A stretch of 64,000 bases of DNA from Chloroflexota bacterium (lineage in GTDB: Bacteria; Chloroflexota; UBA11872; VXOZ01), in the NCBI GenBank assembly GCA_963662335.2, contig CAXXVD010000002.1, positions 192,001 to 256,000 on the forward strand. The letters run 5' to 3'. Below are positions 1-9,486 of this stretch, piece after piece. The first letter of the stretch is position 1. Each line of letters opens with the position of its first letter. The notes under the pieces are model-generated. The model saw nothing but the letters and a program-made list of their open reading frames with translations, was not told the origin of the DNA and did not search any database. The position numbers were made by a program, and so were the translations under genes.

Positions 1-18
1 AAAGTTGCTCCTCGACAT

Positions 19-93
19 GTCATTCTGAGGAGCGCAGCGACGAAGAATCTAGAGCGCGGGCAACCCTAGATTCCTCGCTGCGCTCGGATTGAC
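19..93. repeat. REP-like palindromic repeat family A (gtcattctgaggagcgcagcgacgaagaatct...agattcctcgctgcgctcggaatgac)
   Basis: Inverted pair; related copies at 1983-2057, 25463-25556, 38701-38775, 50546-50574 (half), 55377-55491, 62985-63086 and 63302-63403. Confidence 0.85.
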
Positions 94-150
94 ATTGAGT
101 GCGAACACACCCTCGTTGGGCGAGCCGCCCAACATCAGTTTCCGTCTAGG

Positions 151-1908
151 CTAAGCTCTCTCACTTTTCAGCGGCTTAGGCTTAACTCGGATAGTGTACT
201 CGTTGCGGTAGGTGACGAGACCGGGGGGTGAGCGGGGGATGCGGCGGACGTAGCGGCGGCGGGTGACGTCTACTTCGGCGCTGGCGGATGCGCGCAGTTT
301 GCTGTAGTAGGCGGCGATTTGGGCGGCCTGGTGGATGATTGCGTCCGGCACGTCGCGGCCGCCGGACCGGAGGACGGTATGCGCGCCGGGCACGTTGCGG
401 GCGTGGAGCCAGAGGTCGTCGGCGTCGGCCAGGCGCAGGGCCGCGTCGTTCTGCGCGCCGCTGCGGCCCACCAACACCTGCACGCCGTCGAGCCAAAATG
501 AGACCGGCTGCGCGCCTTCATCGGCAGCCTTGCCGCGCTTGCCTTTCCCGCGTTTACCTTGAGACTTCTTGCTCTTGCCGTCCTGACCGCCGCCAAGGAT
601 GCCCAGTTCGCGCAGTTCGTCCCGCAGCGCGCGCACGTCGGTTGGGGTTTCCGCCGCTTCCAGCAGGGCCTCGGCTTGCTCGCAATACGCCTGTTCGTTC
701 GCGACGCGCCGCAACAGTCCCGGCACCTCTGCCTGCGCCCGCTTCTTGCGCTTGTATGTGTCGAAGTACGTCTCGGCATTCGCGGGAACAGAAACCTGCG
801 GGTCGATGCGAATCGTCTCGCCGTCAACCTGAATCTCGTGGCTGCCCGGCGCGGTGCTATACCCATAGGCCAGCACCAGGTCGCCCTTGCGCCGCCACTC
901 CTCCGCGTCGGCGGCTTCCGCCTGCTGGCGTTCCAGGGCGCGCCGCCGCTGCCGGAGTTGGTCCATACGCTCCTGGAGCGCCGCCGCCAGCGGCTTCTGT
1001 CCTAGATCTTGCTTTTGGTGGCGCGGCGGCGCTTTGCCCTGCTCCTGGTAGAACGTCTCGATTGCCGCGCTCATCGAAACGCACGGCTCGCACTGCGGGA
1101 ATATGGTCAACGCATAGGGCGCGTAGGCGGCAAGCGCGCCGTCCGCGTCGCGCGCCAGGCACGGCGTGAGTTCCCCATCCGCGACCTGCGCAAACACGTC
1201 CCGCGCCGCGCCGAGCACGTCCGGCCAGTTTACGTCCGCCGCCGGCGTTTCGGCAGCGCCCGCCGCGCGAAAGACCGCCTCGCGCGCCAACAGCGGCCCG
1301 ATGCCGCTCGTCTGCCCCATCAGCAGCCGCCAGGCGGGTTGTTTCTTCTCGGACTGCGCCGCGGCTGCCAGCACCGCAGCCTGCGCCGCAAAGGGATCGG
1401 GACGCGCCAGCGGCGGCGGCGGCACGTAGGGCAATTTGGGCAGCACCTGCCGGTAGCGGTTGATGGCGGCGTCCACCCGCTTCAGGCTCTCCAGAATCAC
1501 GCCTTCCGCATCCACCAAGACCAGATTGCTCGTGCGCCCCATGATCTCGGCGATGAGCGTGGTCTCCACAATGTCGTCGTCCACCCGCGCGTGCAGGGTG
1601 AATTGCAGCACGCGCTCCCACGGCGGCTGCGCCACCGCCATGAGCCGCCCGTTGCGCGCGTACTTGCGCAGCAGGAGCAGCAGCGGGGTCACGCTGTCGT
1701 TGGCGCGCGCCGGCCGCTCGCGGGTGAGGTAGCAGTGGGGCGCTTGGGGCGCGGCGTCGATGACGAGCCACCACGTTTCGCCCCGGGCGTAGACCTCGAA
1801 AGCCACGGCCAGATTGCCCGGATGCAGCACGCGCTGGATGCGCCCGCCAACGAGCGTATCGGCAATTTCCCGGCGCAAGGCGGTGAGGGTGGCAACGTCG
1901 ATGGTCAA
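151..1908 (-). CDS. rqcH: NFACT/Rqc2 (FbpA-like) ribosome quality control protein
   Basis: 585 aa. N-terminal NFACT-N (ERVLQF, IAEIMGRTSNLVL), coiled coil with NAETYFDTYKR, C-terminal NFACT-R (VGRSGAQND, DLWLHARNVPGAH, AAQIAAYYS, PGLVTY). Confidence 0.9.
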   Translation of the reverse strand: MTIDVATLTALRREIADTLVGGRIQRVLHPGNLAVAFEVYARGETWWLVIDAAPQAPHCYLTRERPARANDSVTPLLLLLRKYARNGRLMAVAQPPWERVLQFTLHARVDDDIVETTLIAEIMGRTSNLVLVDAEGVILESLKRVDAAINRYRQVLPKLPYVPPPPLARPDPFAAQAAVLAAAAQSEKKQPAWRLLMGQTSGIGPLLAREAVFRAAGAAETPAADVNWPDVLGAARDVFAQVADGELTPCLARDADGALAAYAPYALTIFPQCEPCVSMSAAIETFYQEQGKAPPRHQKQDLGQKPLAAALQERMDQLRQRRRALERQQAEAADAEEWRRKGDLVLAYGYSTAPGSHEIQVDGETIRIDPQVSVPANAETYFDTYKRKKRAQAEVPGLLRRVANEQAYCEQAEALLEAAETPTDVRALRDELRELGILGGGQDGKSKKSQGKRGKGKRGKAADEGAQPVSFWLDGVQVLVGRSGAQNDAALRLADADDLWLHARNVPGAHTVLRSGGRDVPDAIIHQAAQIAAYYSKLRASASAEVDVTRRRYVRRIPRSPPGLVTYRNEYTIRVKPKPLKSERA

Positions 1909-1982
1909 GAGAATAATCCTTCGTCAAGCGGCCTTTCAGATTGTCATTCTGCGGAGCCCTTTGGCAACCGTCCTTTTAGATT

Positions 1983-2057
1983 GTCATTCTGAGGAGCGCA
2001 GCGACGAAGAATCTAGGGCGCGGGCATCCTTAGATTCCTCGCTCCGCACGGAATGAC
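1983..2057. repeat. REP-like family A copy
   Basis: Same inverted pair as 19-93; a partial copy starts near 1943. Confidence 0.85.
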
Positions 2058-2071
2058 AGAATGGCGCGCGT

Positions 2072-2995
2072 TCACGCCACATTGGGCACAACGGAGGCGT
2101 AGATCTCGTCGTTCGTGGCGACCCAGCAGCCGCCGGGTTTTTCCAGCGCGTAGGGCAGCGCCGTTTCCAGCACGTCGCAGTGCGGATCGCGTACCGCCAG
2201 CACCGGCGGATGGAAGGTCATGGTGAACACCTGGCCGTTGGCGTGGGCGTGGTCGACGCCGTGCTTCAGCAGATCGATGAACTCCCAGCGGTCCAGGTCC
2301 AGGTAGCGGAAACCCCAGATGTCGGTAATGCCCGTGGGCGGCAGTTCCGGCAGGCCGTTGGGATAGCGGTAGGGCTGCAAGGAGTCGAGGCTCTCGCGCA
2401 TGGCCGCCCGCAAATCCGCCCGCGGCGGCCGCTTGCGCGTAGGATCGACCGGAAAGCGGTAGTGGGAAGAAGCGTAGCCGAACCCCTCTTCTTTCAATAA
2501 GCCCTGTACATCCGGCACATCGTGCAACCCGTCCACAAACCCGCCCGGCGTGCGAAAGCCGACCGGCGCCACGCCCAGCGTCGCGCGCATGGCGTCGCTG
2601 GTCTGCCGCAGTTCGTCGCGGATGCACGCCAGCGCCGAGCGTCCGTGCGCCCGCCACGGCGCGGCGGCGTACGTCACCTGCAACTGCGGAATCTCCCGCG
2701 CCCGCACGTTCACGTGGGAATAGGTGTGGTTGCCCAAGGCGTGACCGGCGTCCACGCTCTCCTTCAGGTAGTCCAGGTCGGGGTCTTCCAGCGCACTGCC
2801 CACCAGGAAGTAGTGCAGCTTAACGCCGTATTTCGCCGCCACCGCGTTCAGCTTGCGGATGTACTGCTTGCAGTCCGCGTCGATGGCCCCTTTGCGGTGG
2901 TCCCACACCGAGGTCCAGTAGGGGAAATTGGTGCACATCTCCACGTCGAACGTCAGGCTCAGACAGAATTGCGCGCCGTTGGGGTACATGGTCAT
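2072..2995 (-). CDS. Polysaccharide deacetylase (NodB/CE4-like) family protein
   Basis: LTFDVE, GNHTYSH, GFRTPGG and TFHP motifs; RBS aggag overlaps the znuB stop. Confidence 0.8.
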   Translation of the reverse strand: MTMYPNGAQFCLSLTFDVEMCTNFPYWTSVWDHRKGAIDADCKQYIRKLNAVAAKYGVKLHYFLVGSALEDPDLDYLKESVDAGHALGNHTYSHVNVRAREIPQLQVTYAAAPWRAHGRSALACIRDELRQTSDAMRATLGVAPVGFRTPGGFVDGLHDVPDVQGLLKEEGFGYASSHYRFPVDPTRKRPPRADLRAAMRESLDSLQPYRYPNGLPELPPTGITDIWGFRYLDLDRWEFIDLLKHGVDHAHANGQVFTMTFHPPVLAVRDPHCDVLETALPYALEKPGGCWVATNDEIYASVVPNVA

Positions 2996-3001
2996 TCTCT
3001 C

Positions 3002-3823
3002 CTAGCGTGCCTTCTTCACCGTCACCACGACCGCAAATATCCCCGTTGCCACCAGCGCCATCGCGGGACCCGACGGCAGATTGTAGTGATACGAGAGATA
3101 GAGCCCCGCCACGGCCGAGACCGCGCCCAGTAGCGCGCCCGTGAGCATGGCTTTGGGAAAATTGCGCACCAGCAGGAGCGAGGTGGCGGCCGGCGTGATT
3201 AGCATGGCCAGCACCAGCACGATGCCCACCGCCTGGATCGCCAGCACGGTCACCACGGCCAGCAGCGCTAGGAGCAGGTAGTCCAGCGCCTGGGTCGGCA
3301 GGCCGATGACCGACGCGCCGGCCGGGTCGAAGCTGGCAAAGACCAGTTCCTTGTGGAGCAGGAAGAGAATTGCCAGCACCACGGCGGCCATGCCCCCGGT
3401 CAGGACCACGTCCTGGGTGGTCACGCCCAGCACCTGGCCCAGCAGGATGTCCTCCAGGCTCACCCGCAGGCCGCGCGTGAACGAGAGCATCACCACGCCC
3501 AGGGCGAAGAGTCCGGCAAAGAGGATGCCCACGGAGGTATCGGCGCTGACGCCGGCGCGCCGGATGAGGTAGCCGCTGAGCAGCGCCACTACTATGCCCA
3601 TGGGCATCGCGCCCAGGAAGGGATTGACGCCAATCACGAACGCCGCCACCATGCCGGGCAAGACGGAGTGGGCCAGCGCGTCGCCCATGAACCCCAGGCC
3701 CTTGGTGACCACGTACGCGCCCAGCATGGGGCACATCACCCCCACCAGCACCGAGACCACCAGCGCCCGCAGCATGAAGCCGTACTGGAACGGAGCAATG
3801 AAGATGTCTGCGAGGACATCCAC
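3002..3823 (-). CDS. znuB: Metal (Zn/Mn) ABC transporter permease
   Basis: Hydrophobic ABC-3 permease with GDALAHSVLPG, SFDP and ITPAAT motifs. Confidence 0.88.
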   Translation of the reverse strand: MDVLADIFIAPFQYGFMLRALVVSVLVGVMCPMLGAYVVTKGLGFMGDALAHSVLPGMVAAFVIGVNPFLGAMPMGIVVALLSGYLIRRAGVSADTSVGILFAGLFALGVVMLSFTRGLRVSLEDILLGQVLGVTTQDVVLTGGMAAVVLAILFLLHKELVFASFDPAGASVIGLPTQALDYLLLALLAVVTVLAIQAVGIVLVLAMLITPAATSLLLVRNFPKAMLTGALLGAVSAVAGLYLSYHYNLPSGPAMALVATGIFAVVVTVKKAR

Positions 3824-4615
3824 TTAGTTTTGCTCGCTCTGGTACGCGCGGTAGATGTCCACCGAGCGGTACAACTCGTCCATGACGTCCGGCACGAGCA
3901 CCGCGTCGGTATGACCGCAGGCGACGACACTGCGGTTGAGGCAGAGGCAGTCGTCGGTCAGCCGGCGGATGTAGCTGATGTTGTGGGAGGCGAGCAGGAT
4001 GGTCTTGCCGGCGGCGCGCATCTCCTCCAGCACCAGGGTCATGACCTCCTGGGACGTGAAGTCCACGCCGCGAAAGGCTTCGTCCAGGATGAGCACGTCC
4101 ACGCCCTGGGCCAGAGCGCGGGCGACGAAGATGCGTTGCTGCTGCCCGCCGGAGAGTTCCGAAATGAGAGAGCCGCGCCGGTCCCACATCCAAACCTGGT
4201 TGAGGGCGTCCTCTACGGCTTGCCGGTCGGCGCGCCCCGGCCGGCGAAACCAGCCGATCTGCCGGGTGCGGCCCAGCATCACCATGTCGTAGACGGTCAT
4301 GGGCAGGCCCCAGTTGATGTTCTGCCGCTGGGGCACGAACGCGACCTGCCCGCGCGCTTCGCTGATCGACTTGCCGTTGATGCGCACCCGTCCCGCCCGG
4401 GCCTCGATGAGGCCGGTGAGCGTATTGAAGAGCGTGCTCTTGCCGGCGCCGTTGGGGCCGATCACGCCCATGATGCGGGCGCTCTGCGCGGAGAAGCTGA
4501 TGCCGTTCAGCACCTGGACCTCGCCGCGGTCCACGAAGAGGTCTTCCACCACCAGTGACGGCGACTGCGTCTCAGCGCCGGGGCCGGCTAGAGCCTCGTC
4601 ACCAGCAGTCGTCAT
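3824..4615 (-). CDS. znuC: Metal ABC transporter ATP-binding protein
   Basis: Walker A GPNGAGKST, signature LSGGQQQR, Walker B ILDE; overlaps the upstream gene stop by 4 nt. Confidence 0.88.
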   Translation of the reverse strand: MTTAGDEALAGPGAETQSPSLVVEDLFVDRGEVQVLNGISFSAQSARIMGVIGPNGAGKSTLFNTLTGLIEARAGRVRINGKSISEARGQVAFVPQRQNINWGLPMTVYDMVMLGRTRQIGWFRRPGRADRQAVEDALNQVWMWDRRGSLISELSGGQQQRIFVARALAQGVDVLILDEAFRGVDFTSQEVMTLVLEEMRAAGKTILLASHNISYIRRLTDDCLCLNRSVVACGHTDAVLVPDVMDELYRSVDIYRAYQSEQN

Positions 4616-5850
4616 CGCAGCGCCTCGACGACCAGCTTGACGTTGTGCCGCGCCATTTCCAGATAGGTTTCCGCGCCGCTGCCTGCCGGCCCGAGGGAGT
4701 CCGGGTAGAGCCGCACCAGCGGCACGCCGGCCTCATTGGCCAGGGCGCTTGCCAGGCGCTCCAGCGCGAGCATCTCGCCAAAGACCGCCTTCACGTTGCG
4801 CTCCTTCATCAATTCGACCAGGTGCGCCAGGTGTTCGGCAGACGGCTCGGCGTCTTCGGCAACCGAGAGGATGATGCCCACCACCTCGAAACCGTACCGC
4901 ACGGCAAAGTAGCGGTAGTAGTCGTGGGAACTGATGAACAGCCGCTGTCCCTCCGGCACCGTGCTGACTTGCTCCAGCGTCCAGGCGTGGAGGGCCAGGA
5001 GTTCCGCGTTGTAGGCGGCGGCGTTGGCGCGGTATTCGTCGGCGTTGGCCGGATCGATTTCCGCGAAGCGAGCCGCAATCGCGTCGATGGCGATCACCAC
5101 GCGCAGCGGGTCGAACCAGAAGTGCGGGTCGTGCGCGCCGTGGTCGTGCCCGTGGTCGTCTTCCTCGTCGGCGTGGTCGTCGTCATCATCGGCATGGCCT
5201 TCGTCTTCGTCGTTGGCATGGCCGTTTTCTTCATCGTCGTGGTCGGCGTCTTCGTCGTCGGCGTGGCCGTTCTCTTCGTCGTCGTGGCCTTCGTCTTCAT
5301 CGGCATGTTCATCTTCGTCTTCGTCGTGGCCCTCGCCCTCCTCGTCGGCATGCTCTTCCTCATCATCGTCGTGGCCCTCTTCGTCCTCGTGGGCATGATC
5401 CTCTTCATCGTCGGCGTGGGCGTCTTCACTCTCCGGGTCGGGCAGGAGCGGGTCAACCAGGTCGCCCAGCGTCAGCACGAGCGACGGGTCCCGCGCCACG
5501 TTGCGCAGGAGTTCATCCAGCCAGAAGCCCTCCATGCCCAGGCCGACGGCAATGACCAGGTCTGCTTCCGCGATCTTGGCCGCGTCGCGGGGGCCGGGTT
5601 GAAAGCCGTGGGGGTCCACGTCGGTGGGAATGAGGCTTGTTACCGCCACGCGGTCGCCGCCGACCACGTGCGCCCAATCCGCCAGCACGTTCGTGACGGC
5701 GACAACGCGAAAGACCGGCGCGTCGGCGGGCGCGGGCCTTTCCTGCTCCGGTTCGTCGCCCCCGCACGCGGCGGCGGCAACGAGCACGAGCATCGCGAAC
5801 GACGCCCACGAGAATTGTACGATGCGCTTGAGAGACTTTGGCCTAATCAT
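4612..5850 (-). CDS. znuA: Metal ABC transporter substrate-binding lipoprotein with long His/Asp/Glu-rich loop
   Basis: DPHGFQP, DPHFWFDP and SHDYYRYF cluster A-I motifs; lipobox AAAC; start reassigned to ATG 5850 (MIRPK). Confidence 0.88.
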   Translation of the reverse strand: MIRPKSLKRIVQFSWASFAMLVLVAAAACGGDEPEQERPAPADAPVFRVVAVTNVLADWAHVVGGDRVAVTSLIPTDVDPHGFQPGPRDAAKIAEADLVIAVGLGMEGFWLDELLRNVARDPSLVLTLGDLVDPLLPDPESEDAHADDEEDHAHEDEEGHDDDEEEHADEEGEGHDEDEDEHADEDEGHDDEENGHADDEDADHDDEENGHANDEDEGHADDDDDHADEEDDHGHDHGAHDPHFWFDPLRVVIAIDAIAARFAEIDPANADEYRANAAAYNAELLALHAWTLEQVSTVPEGQRLFISSHDYYRYFAVRYGFEVVGIILSVAEDAEPSAEHLAHLVELMKERNVKAVFGEMLALERLASALANEAGVPLVRLYPDSLGPAGSGAETYLEMARHNVKLVVEALR

Positions 5851-6003
5851 CGTGAAACTCCCTTGTTTCTCCACCGCAATGCTCGCGGTCACTGCTGCTG
5901 CTTGCAAGCGCCTACGTTCTGCCACTACGCCGCGCAAGCGCTACAACCCGCCGCGGCGACTTCGCCGTCCGCGTCGAAGCCGTCGTCTGTGACGAAGCCG
6001 GCC

Positions 6004-6822
6004 CTAGCGCCGGGCCGCCGCCACCGCCCGGCACGCCGCCATGAACTGCTCGTACCCGACCGTATCGCCCACGGCCTGTTGGAAGTACTTGAGCGCGGAG
6101 CGGGTCATCAGCCGCTCGGGGAACGTATCCGGGTACTCCACCGCCAGCGTCGCCTCGCGGATGAGGAAAACCTTGTAGCCATAGCCGAGCATAGGTTGGG
6201 TGGCGCCTGCCGAACCCAGGATGCACATGTTCGTGGCAAAGCCCGTATAGATGAGATTCTTGATGCCCTTGCCGCGGCAGATGCGGTCGAACTGGGCGCT
6301 GGTGAGTATCACCTGGTCGCCGGGTTCGGCGTCGCAGGACTGGATGATGCGCATCTGCTGCCAGCCGTCCCAATCGCGGTAGCCCGCGCCGTGGGAGCGG
6401 TCGGCGCGTTCCGCGTTCCAGCCCGGATTGGCCTCCGGCGGGCGCGCGGGGCCGGGCGGCGGGTTTGTGTCCTCATCTTCCAGCATGTGGTGGACGGAGT
6501 CGTACTTCATGGCGATGTTCCCCGGCTCCACGTGGAAGATCTGCATGCCGGCCGCCCGCGCCGCGTCAATCGCCGGGCGGATGTAGTTGTCGGCGATCCG
6601 CACGGATTCACCCTGGTTTTCCAGCGTGCCCATGTCCACGAAGTACCCCTCAGGGACTTCAGGCCCGTTCACGTCGCCCATGTTCCAAAGATGCAGCGCC
6701 ACGAAACCGGTCTCCGCCGGATTGAGGGTGAACTCTTCTTCTACCCACCCGGCGTCCTGCAAATTGGGCGTGGCCCAATGCGTGCCCAGTATCCGCAGCG
6801 CGACCGCTGTCTCGGTTGCCAT
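6004..6822 (-). CDS. Isochorismatase/cysteine hydrolase family protein
   Basis: GIKNLIYTGFATNMCI motif and YKVFLIREAT; ATG 6822 follows ggaggtaaggaa. Confidence 0.7.
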   Translation of the reverse strand: MATETAVALRILGTHWATPNLQDAGWVEEEFTLNPAETGFVALHLWNMGDVNGPEVPEGYFVDMGTLENQGESVRIADNYIRPAIDAARAAGMQIFHVEPGNIAMKYDSVHHMLEDEDTNPPPGPARPPEANPGWNAERADRSHGAGYRDWDGWQQMRIIQSCDAEPGDQVILTSAQFDRICRGKGIKNLIYTGFATNMCILGSAGATQPMLGYGYKVFLIREATLAVEYPDTFPERLMTRSALKYFQQAVGDTVGYEQFMAACRAVAAARR

Positions 6823-6907
6823 GATTTCCTTACCTCCGCAATTGCTGGGGAACGTCCTCAAAGGGTCATCAGAGTCGTCGGAAATGGAACTGCCCTTTGT
6901 GCGCGGC

Positions 6908-7351
6908 TCAGCGGAAGAGCACGATCAGGACGGCAAGGACACTGTTCGCCCCCACGACAAGCGCGCCAAGCCGCAGCGTCAAGCGCAGTTCCAAGTCTTT
7001 CATGTCGGCCTTGTGCGTTTGCGCCAGCGCTTCCAACCGCACTTCAACGTGCTGGAGGCGCAATTCCATCGCTCGCATTTCTGTTTGCGTTTTCTGGGCA
7101 AGGTCTTGGATTTCGGCTTGGGTCTTTTGCTCGAGGACCCGCAAATCGTCTTTGGTTGCAAACTCCCGCAAGTCGTCCTTGGTTGCAAGTTCCCGTAAGT
7201 CGTCCTTGGTGGCAAGTTCCCGCAAGTCGCCTTTGGTCGCAAGATCCTCGTGCGACTCGCCAACCGCGTCGACCACGGCCTCAGCCTTTGCTTCTTCGAA
7301 GCCGGCCGCCGTGAGGACCTTCACCGCCCTATGGGTATCGAATATCGCCAT
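6908..7351 (-). CDS. CCDC90/DUF1640-like coiled-coil membrane-anchored protein with ATKxDL repeats
   Basis: FDTHRAVKVLTAAGFEEAKAEA N-terminus, four tandem 9-aa ATK(G/D)DLR repeats, C-terminal TM segment. Confidence 0.8.
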   Translation of the reverse strand: MAIFDTHRAVKVLTAAGFEEAKAEAVVDAVGESHEDLATKGDLRELATKDDLRELATKDDLREFATKDDLRVLEQKTQAEIQDLAQKTQTEMRAMELRLQHVEVRLEALAQTHKADMKDLELRLTLRLGALVVGANSVLAVLIVLFR

Positions 7352-7610
7352 TGGTCACCTCGCTCATGCCTGCGCGCGACCGCGTTCGCTCGCCTCTCCG
7401 AAACTCAGCGCCACTCGCACATTACGCCTATGATACAACAATTGAGCGCAGTCTATCGCAATACGTTAAGAAATCCTTTCTAGCGGCGCCGTCACGCCGC
7501 CCCCGGCTGCGTTAAATGCCAAGGGGGCACGAAGAATCGTGCCCCCTTGGCGCGGCGGCAGCGAGCAAATGCCGCCCCCGCCGCCAATTGCCGGTCGTTG
7601 CGCGTCTACC

Positions 7611-9005
7611 CTAGCAGAGGCAGCCGCCATCGCGCAGCGCGTTCTCGGCCACCCGCTGCATCTCTTCCTGGACTTCCTGGACCGTCTTGGTCTGTTGCTC
7701 CAAGGCTGCCCAGTTCTCGGACCAGGCCTTGTTGACGTCAGACTGCTGCACGACCTGGCGCTGCTCGACGCTGATCTCGGCAGCGTGCGCGTAGACTGCG
7801 GGGTCTTCGTAGTCATAGACCGTGAAGCCCTCGAAGTTCTTGTTCGCTACGTAGCGTCCGCCGCCCAGCGGCACGATGAAGCTCTGGCCTTCCTGGCTCA
7901 ACCAGAACTTATAGAAGTCCCAGGCGCTGTCCGGATGCGCCGACGAACTGGATATCCAATTCGCGTTGATGGACTGTACAACCTGGCGGCCGGCCGGGCC
8001 CTTCGGCAGCATTTCCATCTCCACCGTGAAGGGCTCGTCCTGGGACATGATCTTCTCTTGGATTGTGCGCGTGCCGTACGAACCCCAGGTGCGGGCCGCC
8101 AAGAGTTCTGTGTTGAAGTCCGGCGCCACGTCGTCCTCACTCGGGGCGCTGCGACTGCGCATGACGCGGTGCTTGGTCACCAGGTCCGCGGCAAACTGCG
8201 TGCCTTCGGCAAACTCCTGCGTCAGCATGGCCGGCGCGGAAAAGTCATCGTTCCACCAGGTTGCGCCCCACGCCATCAGGTGGATCCAGTGCCAGCCGAA
8301 TGAGTAGGAGGGCGTAAAGAAACCCCACTGCGTGATGTTATTGCCCTCTACCTTCGTCAGCTTCTTCGCGCCTTCCAGCGCGGTGTCCCAGGTCCACGTG
8401 CCCTCGGCTTCATGCTCCTTGGGCGTCTTGAGACCGGCCTCGGCGTAGAGATCGGCGTTGTACCAAACCTCTTTGCCGTTGGTGAACCAGGCAATACTGT
8501 ACACCTGGCCCTGGATGCGCTCCGTCGCCCAGATGTGGTAGTCGGCCTTGCTCACCTCCGGGTCCGCCGACAGGAACGGCTCCAGCGACTGGATCATCTC
8601 CGCCGTCGCGAACTGGCTGATATAGGAAAAGTGGCCGTAATAGACATCGAAGACGATGCCGCCGGCAAACGAAGCCACGGCCTTATCGATGAGTACGTTG
8701 AAACCGCCGGTAACCGGGTCCACCTTAAGGTCGACATCGGGGTTCTGCGCCCGGAATGTATCGAAGAGGCTGCCGAAGCTTTCATCCCACACCGCCTGCG
8801 TGGTGGTGTAATGGAGGTAATTCACCGTCTTCTGCTCGGCGGCCGCCGGGGCCTCGGTCGTCTTCTCTTCCTGTGGCGCATCCGCCGCGGCCGGCGCATC
8901 GCCGGCAGGAGCGGTCGTTGCCGCACCGCAGGCCGCCAGCAGCAGGCCGGTTCCGGCCACCGCGCTGCTGCCCAGCAACGTTCGTCGTGTCAACTCTCCA
9001 CGCAT
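7611..9005 (-). CDS. ABC-type sugar/solute-binding lipoprotein (Tat signal)
   Basis: TRRTLL twin-arginine motif, LAAC lipobox, family-1 SBP features (YNADLY, WTWD, AWDFYKF). Confidence 0.85.
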   Translation of the reverse strand: MRGELTRRTLLGSSAVAGTGLLLAACGAATTAPAGDAPAAADAPQEEKTTEAPAAAEQKTVNYLHYTTTQAVWDESFGSLFDTFRAQNPDVDLKVDPVTGGFNVLIDKAVASFAGGIVFDVYYGHFSYISQFATAEMIQSLEPFLSADPEVSKADYHIWATERIQGQVYSIAWFTNGKEVWYNADLYAEAGLKTPKEHEAEGTWTWDTALEGAKKLTKVEGNNITQWGFFTPSYSFGWHWIHLMAWGATWWNDDFSAPAMLTQEFAEGTQFAADLVTKHRVMRSRSAPSEDDVAPDFNTELLAARTWGSYGTRTIQEKIMSQDEPFTVEMEMLPKGPAGRQVVQSINANWISSSSAHPDSAWDFYKFWLSQEGQSFIVPLGGGRYVANKNFEGFTVYDYEDPAVYAHAAEISVEQRQVVQQSDVNKAWSENWAALEQQTKTVQEVQEEMQRVAENALRDGGCLC

Positions 9006-9248
9006 GTTCTCTTCCTTCCTCGCTAGCTATCTCACCAGGGCAAGCCTACGGCATCTTCCGCCCGCGCCCTGCCCCTCGTCACTCTCCGGTTGTGCCAGGT
9101 TGATGCTCGTGCTCCGGCAGGCCGGGCGTTCTACGCCCCGCCGCCGGCCCAGCGGCCTGGCTGGCTGTTGAGCGCCTCGTATGCAACCCCCTCCCGATGG
9201 CGCTCGAACTACGCTACGCCCACCCACCACAACGGTGGTCTCTGCAGG

Positions 9249-9260
9249 CAGTTATAGCAC
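9249..9260 (-). promoter_or_regulatory. Extended -10 promoter (TGcTATAAC) for the 7611-9005 gene
   Basis: Minus strand gtgctataactg lies about 245 nt upstream of the start; resembles other TGnTAnnnT boxes in the window. Confidence 0.4.
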
Positions 9261-9486
9261 GTTTCGGCAGCGCTGTCATCCGGCGGAGTCCAAGTGATTT
9301 CCCGCGCGCTCGCTTCTACGCGTTGGGGCGGCGCGCCGCCAGTCCGATCCGTAGCCGCCGCTGGGCTGTTCCTCACACTTGACAGACGCCGGAGACCACT
9401 TTAAAATCGGTGCTGCTATCAGGGGTGGCGCTGGCGCGCATTTGCAGCCAGTTGCTTGAATTGTCAAGAGCTAAGGAGGTAGCGCA

